This document shows positions 63,631 to 64,000 of a stretch of 64,000 bases of DNA, one piece after another; the first letter of the stretch is position 1, and each line of letters opens with the position of its first letter. Source of the DNA: Myxococcota bacterium (lineage in GTDB: Bacteria > Myxococcota > JACRCW01); NCBI GenBank assembly GCA_040752415.1, contig JBFMGU010000006.1, positions 7,779 through 71,778 of the forward strand, read 5' to 3'. The position numbers and the translations under genes are program-made. The notes beneath the pieces were generated by a model, which saw only the letters and a list, made by a program, of their open reading frames with translations, searched no databases and was not told where the DNA came from.

Positions 63631-64000
63631 CATGAGAGCTTCCCTGCTGCCCTGGTGCGTGCTGGCCCTCGTCGTGGTGATTCCGCTGGCGTCCGCGCAG
63701 ACCGAGGAGACCGAGCCGCCGCCGCGCACGCTGGCGGAAGTGGGAACGCGCTACCAGACGGAGTGCCCGCCGCCGCTCTTCAAGCTGCAGAAGCCGGAGA
63801 CGGTGAGCGCGGCGGGGCACAACTTCGTGGTGGAGGGCAGCACCATGGTGCGACAGGGCGGCCGGTGGCAGGGGCCGCTCACCATCGGCGTGCTGGGCGC
63901 GATCAAGGACGCCTCGCCGGAGACGGCGCAGAACATCAGGAAGGCGCAGGCGGAGTTCCACAAGCGCGGCGTGCAGCTGGTGGTGGCCAACGGCGACATC
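63631..64000 (+). CDS. secreted hypothetical protein (N-terminal fragment; continues beyond the window)
   Basis: ATG 63631 gives MRASLLPWCVLALVVVIPLASAQ, a signal peptide. The frame is open to the window end and ends ...VQLVVANGDI, possibly a metallophosphoesterase-like start. Confidence 0.45.

Noticed and set aside
1-64000. CRISPR arrays, tRNA/rRNA genes, transposases/integrases, and toxin-antitoxin or classical defence systems
   Set aside because: The direct and inverted repeats found are irregularly spaced and not CRISPR-like. No T-loop/cloverleaf candidates or rRNA-like segments were seen. No DDE/tyrosine-recombinase signatures were seen. No restriction-modification, Cas, Abi or similar genes could be supported.

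Overview
This 64 kb window is very GC-rich (about 70%) and looks like chromosomal DNA from a myxobacterium (order Myxococcales). The basis is one MYXO-CTERM-type C-terminal sorting signal, an unusual density of lipoprotein and signal-peptide genes with long Ser/Thr-rich linkers, and Cys-rich secreted proteins. I can support about 55 protein-coding genes, a few repeats and regulatory sites. There are no rRNA or tRNA genes, CRISPR arrays, transposases or integrases. Because of the GC content the six-frame track is full of long antisense and alternative-frame ORFs, and I discarded these.

Ordinary chromosomal genes:
- Housekeeping and metabolism: gpmA, argS, plsC, an aldehyde dehydrogenase, a saccharopine-dehydrogenase-like oxidoreductase, an aldo/keto reductase, a GNAT acetyltransferase, a class I methyltransferase, several alpha/beta hydrolases, and a phosphoenolpyruvate (PEP)-synthase-like gene.
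- Regulation and transport: TetR and ArsR regulators, a hybrid PAS histidine kinase/response regulator, an NCS1 permease, and an FAD amine oxidase.
- Other: an SNF2 helicase with a SWIM zinc finger, and many secreted proteins and lipoproteins of unknown function.

Most unusual observations:
1. An H-NOX (heme NO/O2-binding) gene sits directly upstream of a LOG/TIGR00725-family gene and argS. This is a non-canonical H-NOX neighbourhood.
2. The PEP-synthase homologue has the phosphohistidine swivel domain cleanly excised.
3. There are three independent large intergenic inverted-repeat or REP-like structures.
4. A degenerate segmental duplication brackets an ArsR-SRPBCC module that has atypical codon usage.
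5. A two-domain rhodanese-like lipoprotein has no catalytic cysteine.
6. Three paralogous secreted proteins (two with a C-terminal polytopic anchor) share an LpoB/CsgG-like pattern.
7. At least four lipoproteins recurrently share the architecture N-terminal Cys-rich module, then Ser/Thr linker, then variable domain.
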